From positions 111,352,001 to 111,416,000 of the forward strand of contig OZ024745.1 in the NCBI GenBank assembly GCA_964016885.1: a DNA stretch of 64,000 nt. The letters run 5' to 3'. The notes under the pieces were generated by a model. The model was not told the DNA's origin. It did no database searches and saw only the letters and a program-made list of their open reading frames with translations. The position numbers and the translations under genes were made by a program. Positions within the stretch are counted from its first letter, which is position 1. Each line of letters opens with the position of its first letter. The stretch comes from Eledone cirrhosa. Its lineage: Eukaryota. Shown one piece after another: positions 1-13,596 of this stretch.

Positions 1-44
1 ACAAGAACCTTTGTTATGTTATGTTCCAAAACCAGCTTAATAAT

Positions 45-385
45 TGTTTCTACTTTTGGCACAAAGCCAGCAATTACTCAGTACATTACTGGTACTTTAC
101 AGCCTAACCACAAAACCACATACCGCCACAGATACTAAATGTTACATTCTGCTCCTTCACCAATCTCTCTTTCCTTGTCTGAATAATAATAATAATAATA
201 ATTCTACTTTTGGCACAAGGCCAGCAATTATCCCAGTGTATTACTGGTACTTTATTTTATCAACCCTCTAAGGATGAAAGGCAAAGTTAACCTCAGCGGG
301 ATTTGAACTCAGACCGCAAAGGGACGTAACTATGCTGGAAAGCATGGCATCCGACTCTCTACCGATACTGCCAATCCACCGCCTT
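45..385 (-). mobile_element. tRNA-derived CORE-SINE (family A), chimeric copy with internal 84-bp insert, flanked by 15-bp TSD
   Basis: Minus strand: A-box-like TGGCAGTATCGG, B-box-like GAGTTCAAATCCC, CORE-like GCCTTTCATCCTT...GATAAAATAAAGTACCAG, tail GGCCTTGTGCCAAAAGTAGAA(ATT)n. Direct repeat AACCAGCTTAATAAT at 30-44 and 386-400. Confidence 0.9.
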
Positions 386-1129
386 AACCAGCTTAATAAT
401 GAGGAAGTTTATATCATGAAATCTCTCTAAATTCTTGATTGTTTTCAAAATGACTTCTATATGAGAGGCAGTGACTTTTATTAGAAGTATGATAACGAAG
501 GGGTTAATTAAAGCAACCATGTAGAGGCTCTCTTGTTAGCTGATTATTCTTGACTTTCAGGGTTTTTGGGGGATTTTTTAAATAGGGGTTATGGACTCTT
601 ATAGGGGAGAAATAATCCAAGATATGGACTTGAATGTTAAATTAGTAGTAATTTTCCCTTCTATTAGCTGACTGCTCCACAACTAGGTTGTTATTTTAGA
701 GTATTTGAATATCTGAATATTCAAATTTGTTTTGTTTGTTTTTTTTTACAGATTCCACCCACACACCAAAATCTCAGCTTCCACTGGACAAAGTGGAATT
801 TAATAAATAATCAGTATAGACACAATTTTGTAAGGTAGTGAAATATTAAAACAAAATGATGAAAAATAAAAAATTTGAATTTTCAGTTAATACTCAAAAT
901 TGAATTTTTCCCTTTTCAATCTTTCAATTTTACATTTAATCTTCATAATCAAAAAGGTTATTTTTTTTGTTATATTTTTTTGTTTTGTTTCTCAAGAAAT
1001 ATATGCTAGCTTTGTAGAACACTTAATATTGCAGTGGTTGTTGTTTCTGTTATGTAAGTTCCAGCACTTTCTGATTGAGCAAACCTATATTAAAGTAATG
1101 TTTGGATGTGGTGGTTGTTTGCATGCGAA

Positions 1130-1472
1130 ACAGAAGTTTCATGTAAGAGTAAAGACACCCTTCAACGAATGACCATGGGATTTGCACCTAGAAAGTTCCT
1201 CTCTGAGGCACAAGTCAGGCCAGGTTGTTTGTGGAAGACCAACAGTCACCCATGCATACCACTCTTCTCTCTCCACGCCACCGATGTTGTCCAAGGGAAA
1301 GGCAATGGCTTATACAGCTTGGCACCAGTGATGCCACAACTCATTTCTACAGCTGAGTGAACTGGAGCAACGTGAAATAAAGTGTCTTGCTCAAGAACAC
1401 AACACAAAACCCGGTCCAAGAATCAAACTCACAACCTCATGATTGTTCTAACCACTAAGTCATGTGCCTTCA
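1130..1472 (-). mobile_element. tRNA-derived SINE family B, near full length
   Basis: Conserved block (minus) CTTGAGCAAGACACTTTATTTCACGTTGCTCCAG.TCACTCAGCTGTAGAAATGAG shared with copies at ~15185-15310, 30755-31045 and 56990-57292. Confidence 0.8.
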
Positions 1473-1737
1473 TACAGTTTAATGTATTACTGTATTAACA
1501 ACTGCTGTAAACAAGTACACTTTCATGTAAAAGGTAGCTTATCACACTGCAAAACAAAATTCATCAAGGAGAAAAGCATCGTTCTTTGGTAAAACATTAT
1601 ATAAAATTATAAATAGCAGTAACAAAACTATAAGTCAGTATATAGAGAAGAAACTTAAAGAGCAATAGTAATATCAATGACCAGACTTGGCTTTTATCAT
1701 TTCTTATTAAAATACTTATGATTATACAAAAACAAAA

Positions 1738-1949
1738 CACTTTAGCATTTAAACCGAACGTATCTGGCCAGAATTTTTCTGTTCAAACTGGTTATAACCA
1801 GCTGCTCATACCAATGTTAAGGTATTGTTCTCAAAATAAATAATATCAAAATCTCATAGATTCGATATTATGAAGAGATAATTATGTGAAATAAAGCCTT
1901 TTCTGTGAAAATACAATAATAAATATAGAGTAATGTAAATACTAAAGGG
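1738..1949 (+). mobile_element. piggyBac-like TTAA MITE family 1 (decayed ends)
   Basis: Same internal sequence as 2313-2533; ends TTTAGCATTTA ... TAAATACTAAAGGG. Confidence 0.85.
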
Positions 1950-2024
1950 AACAAAAAAGAAAGTAAAAAAAGAAATGAAAAGAAAAAAAAAAAGAATCAA
2001 GGAACAAAAGAAAGAGAGAGGGGA

Positions 2025-2240
2025 AGGGACAGGCACTACACCCCAGTTTGAGCAGTGCCTCAGCCGTACCCTGCAACAGCCACCTCACCTCACAGGGCTC
2101 TCCCCTCAACTGCGCCACTGTCTTTCTCATTTTACGGAGGAAATCAGCAGAGCAGGGACTAGGGACAACAGAGGTCTTGACGGAAACTGGTACATAGAGG
2201 AAATGGTTGGTCAAGCCCTGGTATTTAACTAGGTTACAGT
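2025..2240 (-). mobile_element. 3' fragment of a CRE-like (RLE-type) non-LTR retrotransposon
   Basis: Minus frame KYQGLTNHFLYVPVSVKTSVVPSPCSADFLRKMRKTVAQLRGEPCEVRWLLQ resembles the C-terminal pattern KY..L...F.FVP.AVET.G..GP....FL..LG......GEPRE..WL.QR of CRE-clade elements; GC-rich island. Recognised by eye. Confidence 0.6.
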
Positions 2241-2312
2241 TCACACATGTATATAAGTTTAGTTAGCCTTCTATGCAACTGCACCTCATTTGATATTTCT
2301 TGGGTGTTTTAA

Positions 2313-2533
2313 CCCTTTAGCATTTAAACCGGCCATATCCGGAAAGAATTCTCTCACCTCTTTCTGTTCAAACCGGCTGTAACCGGCCACTCATACTGAT
2401 GTTAAGGTATTGTTCTCAAAATAAATAATATCCAAATCTCATAGATTCGATATTATCTGAGATATTTATGTGAGATAAAGCCTTTACCATGAAAATATAA
2501 TAGTAAATATAGAGTAATGTATATACTAAAGGA
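2313..2533 (+). mobile_element. piggyBac-like TTAA MITE family 1 (221 bp)
   Basis: TTAA|CCCTTTAGCATTTA ... TATATACTAAAGGA|TTAA: imperfect TIRs, TTAA on both sides, 7 copies in the window. Confidence 0.9.
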
Positions 2534-3929
2534 TTAATGTTAGTATCTCTAATGCTATCATGTTGCCACATTTCCAGTGACAGGGGAAGGATTTGAACTC
2601 AGAATGCTCAGAGCCAGAAGAGATACTGCACAGCATCCCATCTGATGTGCTAACAATTCTTCCAATCCACTGCCTGGGACTAGTACTTTATTTATCGACT
2701 TCAAAAAGATAAAAGATAAGAGTTGACTTTAGCAGAATTTGCAAAGAGCCAGTACAAATAGCACAAAGCATTTAATCACATGCTCTAGCAACTCTGCCAT
2801 TTCACTCCCTTCAATATTCAGTTGGAATTACAGTGAATGTTCATAAAGTTGTTGTTTTTTAACAGTTTTAACTGTAAAATCAATGCTCCATGTTACCATT
2901 AACTATTTGTTGTGTAATACATCCAAAGTTAAAATTTGTTTCTTCTTTTATCATCTGATACAATCAATGGAACTGAAAGCTGAAAACTAGATATCATCAT
3001 CATCATTATCATTGTTTAACGTCCATTTTTCCATGCTAGCATGGGTTAGATGAACTGTCCCATTGTGAGACAAGTTTGATCACATGACCGTGTCTTGCTC
3101 ATACAGAATTATTTGTACTTGTCAATATAACATTCTACCATTGACTTAACTCGTATATTATTATTAATAATAATTGTGTTGCTGTTAATATAGTTAATAT
3201 ATGTGACTATCAAACTAACCCTTTCGACAAATGACAAAACAGAACTTATTTCTGTTATTTTGTAAGCTACAAAACAAATTTTAAACAAACACCAATTAGG
3301 TCTTAGATGTGGTCTGTCAAAAGAACAGTGTTTACACTGATCTAATTAGATTTTAGGGTGAGAATCTAACACTTTATCATTGTTTTTAAAAACTGGCTTA
3401 TATTTGATAGATCTTTAACGAGAGAAGAAAGATAAATGATATTCTGATATTTTTTTTAAATTTAAATTAAAGAAGAACAACAAAAATTATTAATCTGTTC
3501 TTTTCATACTCTGCAATTTCTCAAACATGTGTGTCAATTTTAAGAGTATTGATTAATAATTTAAAATTAAATTTAGAATTCTTAAAACTTTCCTCAGAGA
3601 CAACACTCCAAGGTCACCTGGAGTTCAAACACAAAACACTTAATCATTTTTGACAACTTGAATTCATGAAAATATCAAATATCTTGTGTCTTTAAACTAA
3701 TATCTAATTCTCTTCTTTGACCAAAGATGAATTGGCCCTAAAGGGAAACAATTTTAAAATTCACAAAATAGTAAACCAATACATTTTCTTAGTATCAAGT
3801 CTTTGAATTGAACTTATCCAGAATATTTTCCTGTTAAGTATAACTGATTCTTATGGCTTTCACAGCTATCTTTTACCAGTGAGATTTCTTTAACACAAGC
3901 ACATTCACACACATGCATATACATACATA

Positions 3930-3936
3930 ATGTATA

Positions 3937-3995
<59 letters not shown>

Positions 3996-4270
3996 ATGTA
4001 TATATATATATGTATGTGTATATATTATACCCAGAGAATCAATAAACATATACATTTTCAAATGTATATGTTTAAGTATTCCAAAACAAACAAATACATG
4101 TATAAACATAGAAAGACAAACATAAAACAGAGAGGTTTAACATACATAAACACACATACATGCACACACATAGATACATGCACACACACTTGACTACACC
4201 TTCTCTGGGGCTATACACATAAACACATAATTATATGCATGCATTTACACGCACAAGCACACACACATAC
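3930..4270. repeat. (TA)n/(CA)n compound microsatellite
   Basis: Dinucleotide runs visible directly. Confidence 0.95.
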
Positions 4271-5953
4271 AAACACAAAATAAAAACTAACAGAAAGAAA
4301 GCAAGCATTTGTTTTCATGCATTTTTAGAACTAATTTGTAAACTGTCGCGGGTTTAGCTTTTTCTGTTTTGTTTTTACAAGAATTGTCTTACTCTCATTA
4401 GAAGACATCTTTTCGTGGCAGTTCTAAACCAGGGCATGTTCTAATATTTTCACCTTTAACCTCAGTACTTGAAACAAATAAACTATCATTCAATCAAGTA
4501 AACAGTAACAACAACAACAGCAGCAATAACAACAATCATAGTAGTGGCAGTAGTAGCAGTAACAACTAATGCACCACCACACTAACACGGAAAGCAAAAA
4601 AAGTTTGCTGAACATGACTGGTGTGAAGCCAAGTGCTATGAGCAATCCTCCCTGCTTCTCAAAAGCCTATTAGTGGTAGAGCTGCAGAAGATTGATATAT
4701 GAAGAAGCATAAGAGAAGGGTATAAAGCAAACAGCGATATCAATTGTTTAGCTAAAATCTGCCAGCAGCAAGGTTTTTATAGAGAGCTTCACACTTGAGG
4801 ATTGTACATTCGGATTTGCCATGCTTTGTTGTCTCAATAATTGGCTTCTTTGGATGATATGCTGCAGTAAGTGATTCCAGTTTGTTTTGTCGAAACACTA
4901 CATTTGTTTATGCTGCTTTACCAGTGTCTTCACCTAATGTACACTGTACATTAAAACTTATCTGGTTATCACAACACAACTTCTGCTGAACATGTGTGTC
5001 TTGCACACACTGCTATATGTAATTCTCAGTATATGTAGACATTTTCATCATGAATTTGTGTGTATGCGTAAATGTTTGTGAGTGTTGGTGCTTGTGTTTC
5101 CATTTTTGGATGTGTGTGTTTATGTGTGTGTGTGTGATGAGTAGACTAAGATAAGTCATTTTGGCAATTCTTATGCATAACAAGCAAGGTGAATGGTTAA
5201 AAAGGAAGGTCCAAAGTTTCATAGAAAAGGGCCGAAACCTTTAAATTAATTAGAAGTAACTTGCTGTAGGTTTCAATTAGTATTTCCTTCTCTAAACAAT
5301 GGCTGCAAACTGTTTATCTTGGCAGTTCTGACTTCAAAGGAGTCTGGGGATTAACTTTCACAGAGAATTGAAATGAAGTTGAATTGGGGAGAGAATGAAT
5401 GAGGGAGAGAAGGGGAGTCATAAAGAGACAGAAAAAGAGATAGTCAGAAAGAGGCAGAGAGAGAAAGGTTTCTTTATAAAGAAATAAAAGTCTGACGGGC
5501 TTTTGAATAGGAGACATAAGAATGTTTCCAGCCCAATCAATATTGATAACATATTTCTAAGGAATCATTTTTGATGACTCTCTCTCTCTGCCAAACCTTG
5601 CTTGTCAGTTATCCTCTACCCCATCTTGCAATATAACTGTGTTTGTAACATCACAAATGAATAAAAGTAATAGATCAGTAGTTGAGGAAACATCAATTTT
5701 GTTATCACAATATCAGCTCTGTTGGCACATAGTTGATTACTAATTAGAAAACACAGTTTGTGTTTATCGTAGATATTAGCATTAAAACAGTGAAGAAAGT
5801 GTTAGCTGAAGCATTGACAAATATGTCATGTTGGAAACAATTTCCACTTTTCTTCAACTAGCAGGGGGTGCAAAGAGCAAATAAAGTGTCACTTTTTTTC
5901 TTTATTTTAATAAGTTAGTCAGGAGAAAGAGGACAGTGCTTATGATGTTTTAG

Positions 5954-5984
<31 letters not shown>

Positions 5985-6841
5985 ACATATACACACATCC
6001 CAACCCCTCCCCGGACTCTGTGAGATTGATGTCACTGGCATATTCTTCTTCAACATCTTTACTTCAATGTTTGCAGGAACAGCGTGGGCTTGTTGATATG
6101 GGAAGAAGAAGAAGAAGAAGAAGAAGAAGAAGAAGAAGAGGGTGACGTGTTTAATACAGAGGCTGGGTAGTGAAACACAGTGAAGGTGACAAGAGAAGAA
6201 GACATGGGTGGAGAGAGGAGGCGGGTATGAAGTTAACTAGTTCAAAAGAGCAGAGGCTGTCGTAGTAGTGACAAGACAGATAAAGAGTAGCATGAAAATT
6301 GTGCATTTTTGAGTTAGTAACTGTTGGATATAATGTGTTGTTTATTATTGTTGTTTTTTCTTTACATATAAGTAGACCAATCTTAACTTCATCTTTACTC
6401 CATCGATTTGATACTAAATTACTTTAAAATGTAAATAAAATGTGTCAAAAGAAATTAAAATTTGACAGAATTCTTTTGCTGTATATTTTAACTTTTCTTC
6501 TAATATCCCGATTTCTTGAATAAGTACATAAATAAGAAAAATATACAATAACATTAAACCTGCTTTGAATTGGGCGATATATTGAATGAAGAAGCAGATA
6601 AAATGAATAATACATTATCACTATAAGGCAGAGAATTGGAAGTTAGCAGAAGAAACACACACACATGCCAAAATCAATAATTACATGACAGAAGAGATCA
6701 TGGAGATAGCAACAAATACAAAACTAATTTGAAGAATTTTTTTAATTAATATATCTCTGGTTTCCAAATATACCAAGATTTATAGATATATAACATATTA
6801 ACTCTTTAAAAATTACAATATATATGCTTTTTTTCTTACAG

Positions 6842-6900
6842 GTTTCATTGAAATATAGATATTATGTGATGAAAAGTTGGCTCAGCTCAAGTCATGGGTG
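6842..6900 (+). other. candidate 59-nt internal exon (possibly non-coding)
   Basis: Acceptor TTTTTTTCTTACAG|G and donor GTG|GTAAGA; one open frame; no recognised homology. Confidence 0.3.
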
Positions 6901-7935
6901 GTAAGATTATATTCAGATAGCCCCTAAAATGTAACCCTTTTTCTTTTCTAATGTATTTTAGACACAAAATGGTAGTTATTTATAACTTGTGAGATGCAAT
7001 GTTAGTATGAATTATTAGTTCAGCAAAATATGTATGATGAGATTGATACTAAAATCTTAAAGATTTAACTTTAGCTATAACAAACCAGCTTATATAAGGT
7101 TTCTCAAAATATCTTTTTAAAAATGTAGTTTGTATCATCATCTATATTATTGTTACACCATCATGATTTTAGCATAAATTTCTTGACATTAGCATGGTTT
7201 TGACACATAAATTATACAGCATATCTCCAATCATCTTGGATCAGTGTCATATACAGTGATATTTACATTATCAGATGTGTCCTAATCACTTCCTCTCAAG
7301 TCTTTGTTGGTCTTCCTTTATAACATATGTCTTTCATTGCTAACTCATCACATTGCCTTACTCAAATATGTAGCATTAATTTATATTACATGGCCAAACA
7401 AACACTATTTTATTTTTTAACTTAAGATTAGTTAATACTTTCATGTCATTGTTGTTCTCACTTTATTGTCCCTATCCTTTCTTCTATATTCATATTATAC
7501 ATCCACTGAACCACAATCAATTTTATCATATCTAATCACTAAAGATCTTTTACATTCAGTACTCCTCATATAACATTCTTCAACAAACCTCAAATAGCCA
7601 ACCTTTTGTACAAAAACAAAACAAAACAAACAATTAAAATTACATCTGACACTAATTAACCTACATAGATAGTAAACTGTATGTATTATCCTAGCAGGCC
7701 ATCAAAGTAGTTCCTTGTCTTCATTACATAGCTGTTGCTACATATACAACCAAGTATACCAATGTATTTAATGTCCCTATCAAACTGCCAGAGACCCCCA
7801 CTGTGTCTTTTGTGCAACTTTTGCACTAACTACACATAATTTAGTCACTACATATGTCATTTCTTCATACTGAACAAAGCCACGTGTCTGAAGTTGTTGG
7901 CATTTGAAATACTCTGCTACAAATAATTCCTTTAA

Positions 7936-8127
7936 CCCTGTTGATACCAACCCAACTGAAACAGCCTCTGGTTCAGTCATAAAATGTAAGAACTTTGATG
8001 TTATGTTCTTAAGACCAACTTAATGAAAAAGGGTATTTGTCTTAATCCTTCAAACTTCTTGGTTATTTTTCAAAAATTAATTTAAATACATTCAATGTAT
8101 TTCATGAGAAATATGGCCATGAAAGGG
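7936..8127 (+). mobile_element. piggyBac-like TTAA MITE family 2 (old)
   Basis: TTAA|CCCTGTTGATACCAACCC ... GAAAGGGT(T)TAA. Related decayed copies at ~1-507 (split by the SINE), 19390-19570, 27689-27890, 34835-35083, 52685-53180 and 53780-54033 (minus). Confidence 0.7.
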
Positions 8128-8370
8128 TTTAACAAGTTTTTAATTTAAGAGAAAATTATATAAGAGAAAAAAAAATGACTGAAAAAATGACTTCCCGGGC
8201 GAAAACTTCAAAATTTCACGGTCGATGAGGGTCGCCTTGCAGTTGTCTGCTTGAGCTAAAGTTTTGCATAAATTGTTTTTTTTTGTTAATTGGAACAAGA
8301 TAGGGGGTTGGAGCTAAACTTTTAGAAAGTTGAAAAATAAGGGCCACCCTGATATAGATATATAAATACC

Positions 8371-8401
<31 letters not shown>

Positions 8402-8608
8402 ACACACATGCACACAAACAATCACCTCCCCCACTAAACACACACACACATCTATATAAATCCCTTGATTTCTAAAATTGACGCATCTACAAATCTTTGG
8501 AGTAGCCACTTGATTGCATTTCACAGGTATTGGTCATTCTACTAAAAAGATGAAAAGCAATGTAACTTAACATTGCAATACCTTTTATTTGCTAGCCATA
8601 TATATATA

Positions 8609-8687
<79 letters not shown>

Positions 8688-8700
8688 ATGTATATATATA

Positions 8701-9151
8701 TTTAACGAAGGGTATTTTGTAGTATTATAAATGGTTAGTAGATGAAATAACAAGGATAGCTGATTTACTTTATATATGAAAAGGTTTACTTCAGTCAAAA
8801 AGAACAATAAACAAGTTACCACGAGTTGCGAAGGTTGACAATGTTATTTTGTTGTTGGTTCATGAGGCTGGTGTAGTCTGCGGCCAGGAGAGAGAGAGAG
8901 TAATGGTCTGTAGTTGACTGTAGACCACTGTGGCCTGTAGATAGTGGTGATCTTTACATAGCTTGTAATAGCATACTGCTCCAATCGCTATGTAGACGTG
9001 GGATTATACAGGCTTTATATACCTGTCGCTTTCTGTCCTCTGCCTCGAGGGATTGCTCATGCTTCAACTTGTTAATGCCAAAAGGGTGGTGACCTACAGT
9101 TTGATCTTTAGGTGTCACCCAAGGTTCAAGGCATGGACAGATTTCGCCACA
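8701..9151 (-). mobile_element. probable solo LTR inserted in a (TA)n tract
   Basis: About 450 bp bounded on minus by TGTGGCGAA ... TTCGTTAAA (near TG...CA imperfect inverted ends). Internal TATATAAAG on minus (~9013-9021); no ORF; TA repeats on both sides. Confidence 0.55.
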
Positions 9152-9163
9152 TATATATATATA

Positions 9164-9705
9164 CAGGGTGTACAAAAAAAATATATACACACTTCATCAG
9201 TAGATAACTCAAATCCACTTTTTGCTTTTCAGATTTTTAAGACTTAGCAATGAACAAAAGAAATTCATCCTAAACTGCTACTGGAAGTCCAAAGACAGTA
9301 TAGAAGAGAGTTTCCGTCAGAATGGCTAACTCTCTCGAATCATTTATAAGTTTGAATCTGATGGAACTGAATATAATATACACATGAATACTTCTGAAGA
9401 CCACGGATATCAACAAGCCCCAGAAAACAAGAAAGGGTACTAGAAAGTTTTCACAGAAGTCCGAGAACATCTTTCTGGCAAGCAAGCCGTGATGTAGGAA
9501 TTTCAAGAACATCTGTCTATCACATTTTAAAGTGCTGCAATTGGAGAAGTTATATACTTACATTTGTCCATGCTATCAATGAAGATGTTCCGGACAAAAG
9601 AATAGAGTATTGTGAATGGTACTTGGCAAAATGCTTACACACTTTCCAACAAAAGTTGTGTGGAGTGATGAGGTTACATTTAAATTAAATTAACCGTCAC
9701 AAAAC
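9164..9705 (+). pseudogene. decayed Tc1/mariner-superfamily transposon: left TIR plus frameshifted transposase N-terminal half
   Basis: TA|CAGGGTGTACAAAAAAAATATATACACACTT TIR. Fragments [56 protein letters not shown] and [13 protein letters not shown] (first catalytic Asp motif) lie in shifting frames. Confidence 0.85.
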
Positions 9706-11224
9706 CACAATTTTAATGTATTTTAATAAAAATGTTCATTTTATTGTATATTCTGAACGCATCTAACATTCATTATGATCACTTCCTGTTTTCGTTTTCC
9801 TCTCTCACATTTTTAACTCTTAACACCTTGTAATGATTTAGCAGAAAATATCTAAAAATAAGTTTGTCAATTCAAATGTTTGTAGTATCTTTACTAATAG
9901 ATAGGTAATTGTGGACATTTGCAATGTTAGAGTAAACACTTTATTTTTTCATATGATGCAGTCATAGTGTTACTAATGTGGTCTCATGTAGTACAGAACA
10001 TTAAGAGTTAAGCTTAGATTCACTTCCTTATCACTTCTATCTGCCAGTCTAATCTATGATGATTTTTGCTGCCATGGAAATAGTGTTATAGTAAACATAA
10101 CTTTAAAGAAATGACAGGATTATTGGATGCAAATAGTATGGATAGCAAATCAAAGTGCTTTCACATTCCACTATTTTATAACATTTGATCTTTCTTTAAA
10201 AGTTACAAAAATGCATATAATCTGATATATATATATACAGAAAGGTAGGATAATATGTATTACATAAATTAGGAGAAAACTGCCCAGAAGGCAGGGTTTC
10301 TAGAGTGTGTGCATGTGAGTGTGCATGCATGTGTGTGTGTGCATATGTGCATATCTGTATGTGTGTGTGTGCATGTGCACATGTATGAGACAAATATTTC
10401 TATTGAAATGTATACCTTGTATACACTATGTCGAAATGCAAGTGTTTGTGAGATTTTATTCTCGACCATCAGAAAGAGTACAATTGGGTGTAGCAATGGT
10501 GACCAGCAAAGACTAAACAGCTGTCTGTTTGACAAGGTAATTCATAGATGTCTTGACAAGGTGGGGTCAGTGGTTATCTTCTGCAGCCAAAGTCACCATA
10601 CTGTGGTCAATGGTTCAAAGATAGTAAGCTTCATAAGCCAGCAATATTTCCAGGCTGCAATATAATTTGATCACTAATATTTGATGTGATGGTAGTGACA
10701 AGCAGTGCTTGCAAAGAATTCATTAGATCCTAAATAACTAACTAACTGGCAGGAAAAGTTTATATTCCTTTTGATGACATGAACAGATATATTGATACGG
10801 ATAAAGTAACAGACACAGACTTATGAATATGCATGTCATGCACTGTAACTGTTTTTACTGTCAAAGATGCATAAGAGCAGTGGAAATTATAACAACTATG
10901 AAAACAAAAAAAAATATGCCTTAACTCAAGGGAATGTATGTGTGAATATAGAGGGGGGGGGGGGGTGATATAACTGGGTTAAGAATAAGAGATGTCTAAG
11001 CTATATTTAGTGTGTTTGTGTGTGTTAATGAGAGCAAGAGTAAGGAAGATCAAATATCAAATAAGTGACAGAGATAGAGAAAGACAGAAAGATGAAGAGC
11101 AATTCTCCCCGCTCTATCTTTTTTATACTATCCTAAGTGGCTATAGAGTTGTAAATTTGCATATTGTTGAATCTTTTTTGTAGTTTTTTTATCAGCAGGA
11201 TGTCCCTTCTTCTGTTAAAGAAAA

Positions 11225-11510
11225 AGTCTAAAGTCTGTCTTAAGTCACGAGGCTCATCAGGTCAGTGCTTATTCTGGTTTCTGTGGCATGAAGTAACTGA
11301 GAGTACAAGACTCCCCACTGGACAGGACACCAGTCCATCACAGGGTTAAACCCCCAGCTACTGCTGGTACTCATTTTCAGCTGAGTATACTGGAGCAACA
11401 TGAAATGAAGTGTTTTGTTCAAGAACACAAAACATAGCCCAGTCCAGGAATTGAACCCATGACATTATGATCATAAGTTCAACATCTTTACCACTAGACC
11501 ACATGCCTAA
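11225..11510 (-). mobile_element. SINE family B variant with ...CCTGATGAGCC...AAGACAGACTTTAGAC tail
   Basis: Matches 35168-35455 (+) and ~43810-44040 (+). Confidence 0.8.
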
Positions 11511-11957
11511 TGTTAACTTATCAAAATTAAACTATGACAGAAAACTATTTCCTCTAAGAGAAATGATGTTGTTGTTGTTGTTTAGCTCTAAATTAATTCA
11601 GACCTATCGGATATATGATCAAAGCAATCACCATCCCATCTACTTTCTCACACAATGTATTCATTCGGGATTACAGTATCCAAGATGTCCGGCATACTGT
11701 GTGTATTCCAGTTTTTTTTAGAGTAGATGCATCATATCCTTGCATGTCAGAACCTGATTGTAAAACAATGCTTCAGAAATGCCCACACAGCCCATGCTAG
11801 AGGGATAAAGCAAATGTGAAAATGCTGATGATGATGATGGTGATGGTGACAAGGAGGTGGAGGGGAGAGGGGAAAGGAGGAGGGAGAGGAAGCAGAAGAG
11901 AGGAGGAGGTGGAAGATGCAGCGACAATGGCAGTGGTGGTGGTAAGGTGTGGTTTAA

Positions 11958-12160
11958 CCCTTTAGAATTTACATTGCTCTATATATATATACTATTGTAT
12001 TTTCACAGCAAAGGCTTTATCTTACATAATTATCTCACATAATAATATCGAATCTATGAGATTTTGATGTTATTTATTTTGAGAACAATACCTTAATGTA
12101 GGTATGAGTGGCTGGTTACAGCCAGTTTGAACGGATATGGCCAGTTTAAATGCTAAATAG
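11958..12160 (-). mobile_element. piggyBac-like TTAA MITE family 1
   Basis: Reverse-complement copy of 2313-2533 with TTAA flanks and a small internal deletion. Confidence 0.9.
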
Positions 12161-13596
12161 TTAAGGGAAATTTGACTGCTATATCTTGCAGCTCCCTAAC
12201 TGACATGCCACTTGTAATGTTAACTACTTTGCCTCATAATAACACAGTAGTAAGATTTGAACTCATGATGCTAACCTTACAGCCACTGTACCATAGGACA
12301 ACAACAAAAATATATAACATAAAAAAAATATTTATTAATAGTTCTACCTCATTATGGACTCAGCCCATCGTTTGGAACAGGTAAAAGAATAAAAGTATCA
12401 CCTAACATTTTTAAACTGCAAAATAATGTCACAAGAAGACTTACGAGAATCAGTTCTTTCACTGAGCTAAATCAACTATTAGCAGGAAAGACCTAACTAT
12501 AGAACCTTAGATGTAGAAACTCCCATGTCTTGAGATGCATGAGGTAGCCAAAGTGCTCAAAAGACCCTGGTAAGTTGCATCTACTGTTCCAATTAAATGC
12601 TGATTGGTTAGAGGCTGGCCTCATGTTTACCTAATTCTCAAAAAAGTCTAGTTTATTTTTCATCCTTCTCTGAAAGATAGCGGATGTGGGGGGGGGGGGG
12701 GGGGTTAGATATATGGCTAAAGACATCAAATTTGGAAATTATGACCTTGTAAAATAAAATGCTAAGAATCCTGTCATAAAACACTGACACTCTTGTAAAC
12801 ATAAAATAAATGTCATAGAAATGAAAGACAGACAGGCAGAAATATCGACCAGTTAAGTTAATGTCCTCAGTAGAAAGAGACAGATACAAATAGATAGGAG
12901 AAGGAACAGAGAGTTGGTAATGTATGTGTGAATGTGAGTGTGTGTATGAATCTAAGTGTGTGTATGTGTGAATGTGAGTGTGTGTATGAATCTAAGTGTG
13001 TGTATGTGTATGTGTGTGTGTGTGTGTGGTGCACTAAAGAAATTTAAACAAATTAAATGAGTATGAAATCTAACAACAAAACATTTGCCTTCAGTAATCA
13101 TTAAACTTGAAGATAAGCAGATGAAAAGAAACTGTGCTGATTGCTGGAGCAATCCTGAATTAGTGCGTTTGATAAAAGAGATGAGATAAGCAGGAATTAA
13201 TAGTTATTGTGTTCACAAAATTGAACCAGTAGGTTTATTACAGTGAAATGGAAACAAGAAAAGTTCTCTGCAACTTGATTTATTCATTCATTCTACATAA
13301 AACACAATATCTAACCAGGCTTTGCTTTGTTAGAGATGTTTCTCAGAATACTTGGAGGCATTACAGGAACAAGAAACACCTACTTATTTACTCACACATT
13401 CACAACACATGTACAATACATATACACATTCAACACACACCTAAGTATATACATAATTGGTTATTTCTTTACTAAGTTGCCCAAATAATTCTCTCTTCTA
13501 CCTCTCTTTCTCTCTCTCTACCTTCTTTGAAAAGTCTTCATAAGAAAGCTCACAGGTTTTTGTATCCCTTCCTGTTTTAATTTCATTTGTTTCCAG

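Noticed and set aside
752-834. Candidate + strand exon after a strong acceptor
   Set aside because: Donor ambiguous and weak; no recognisable peptide.
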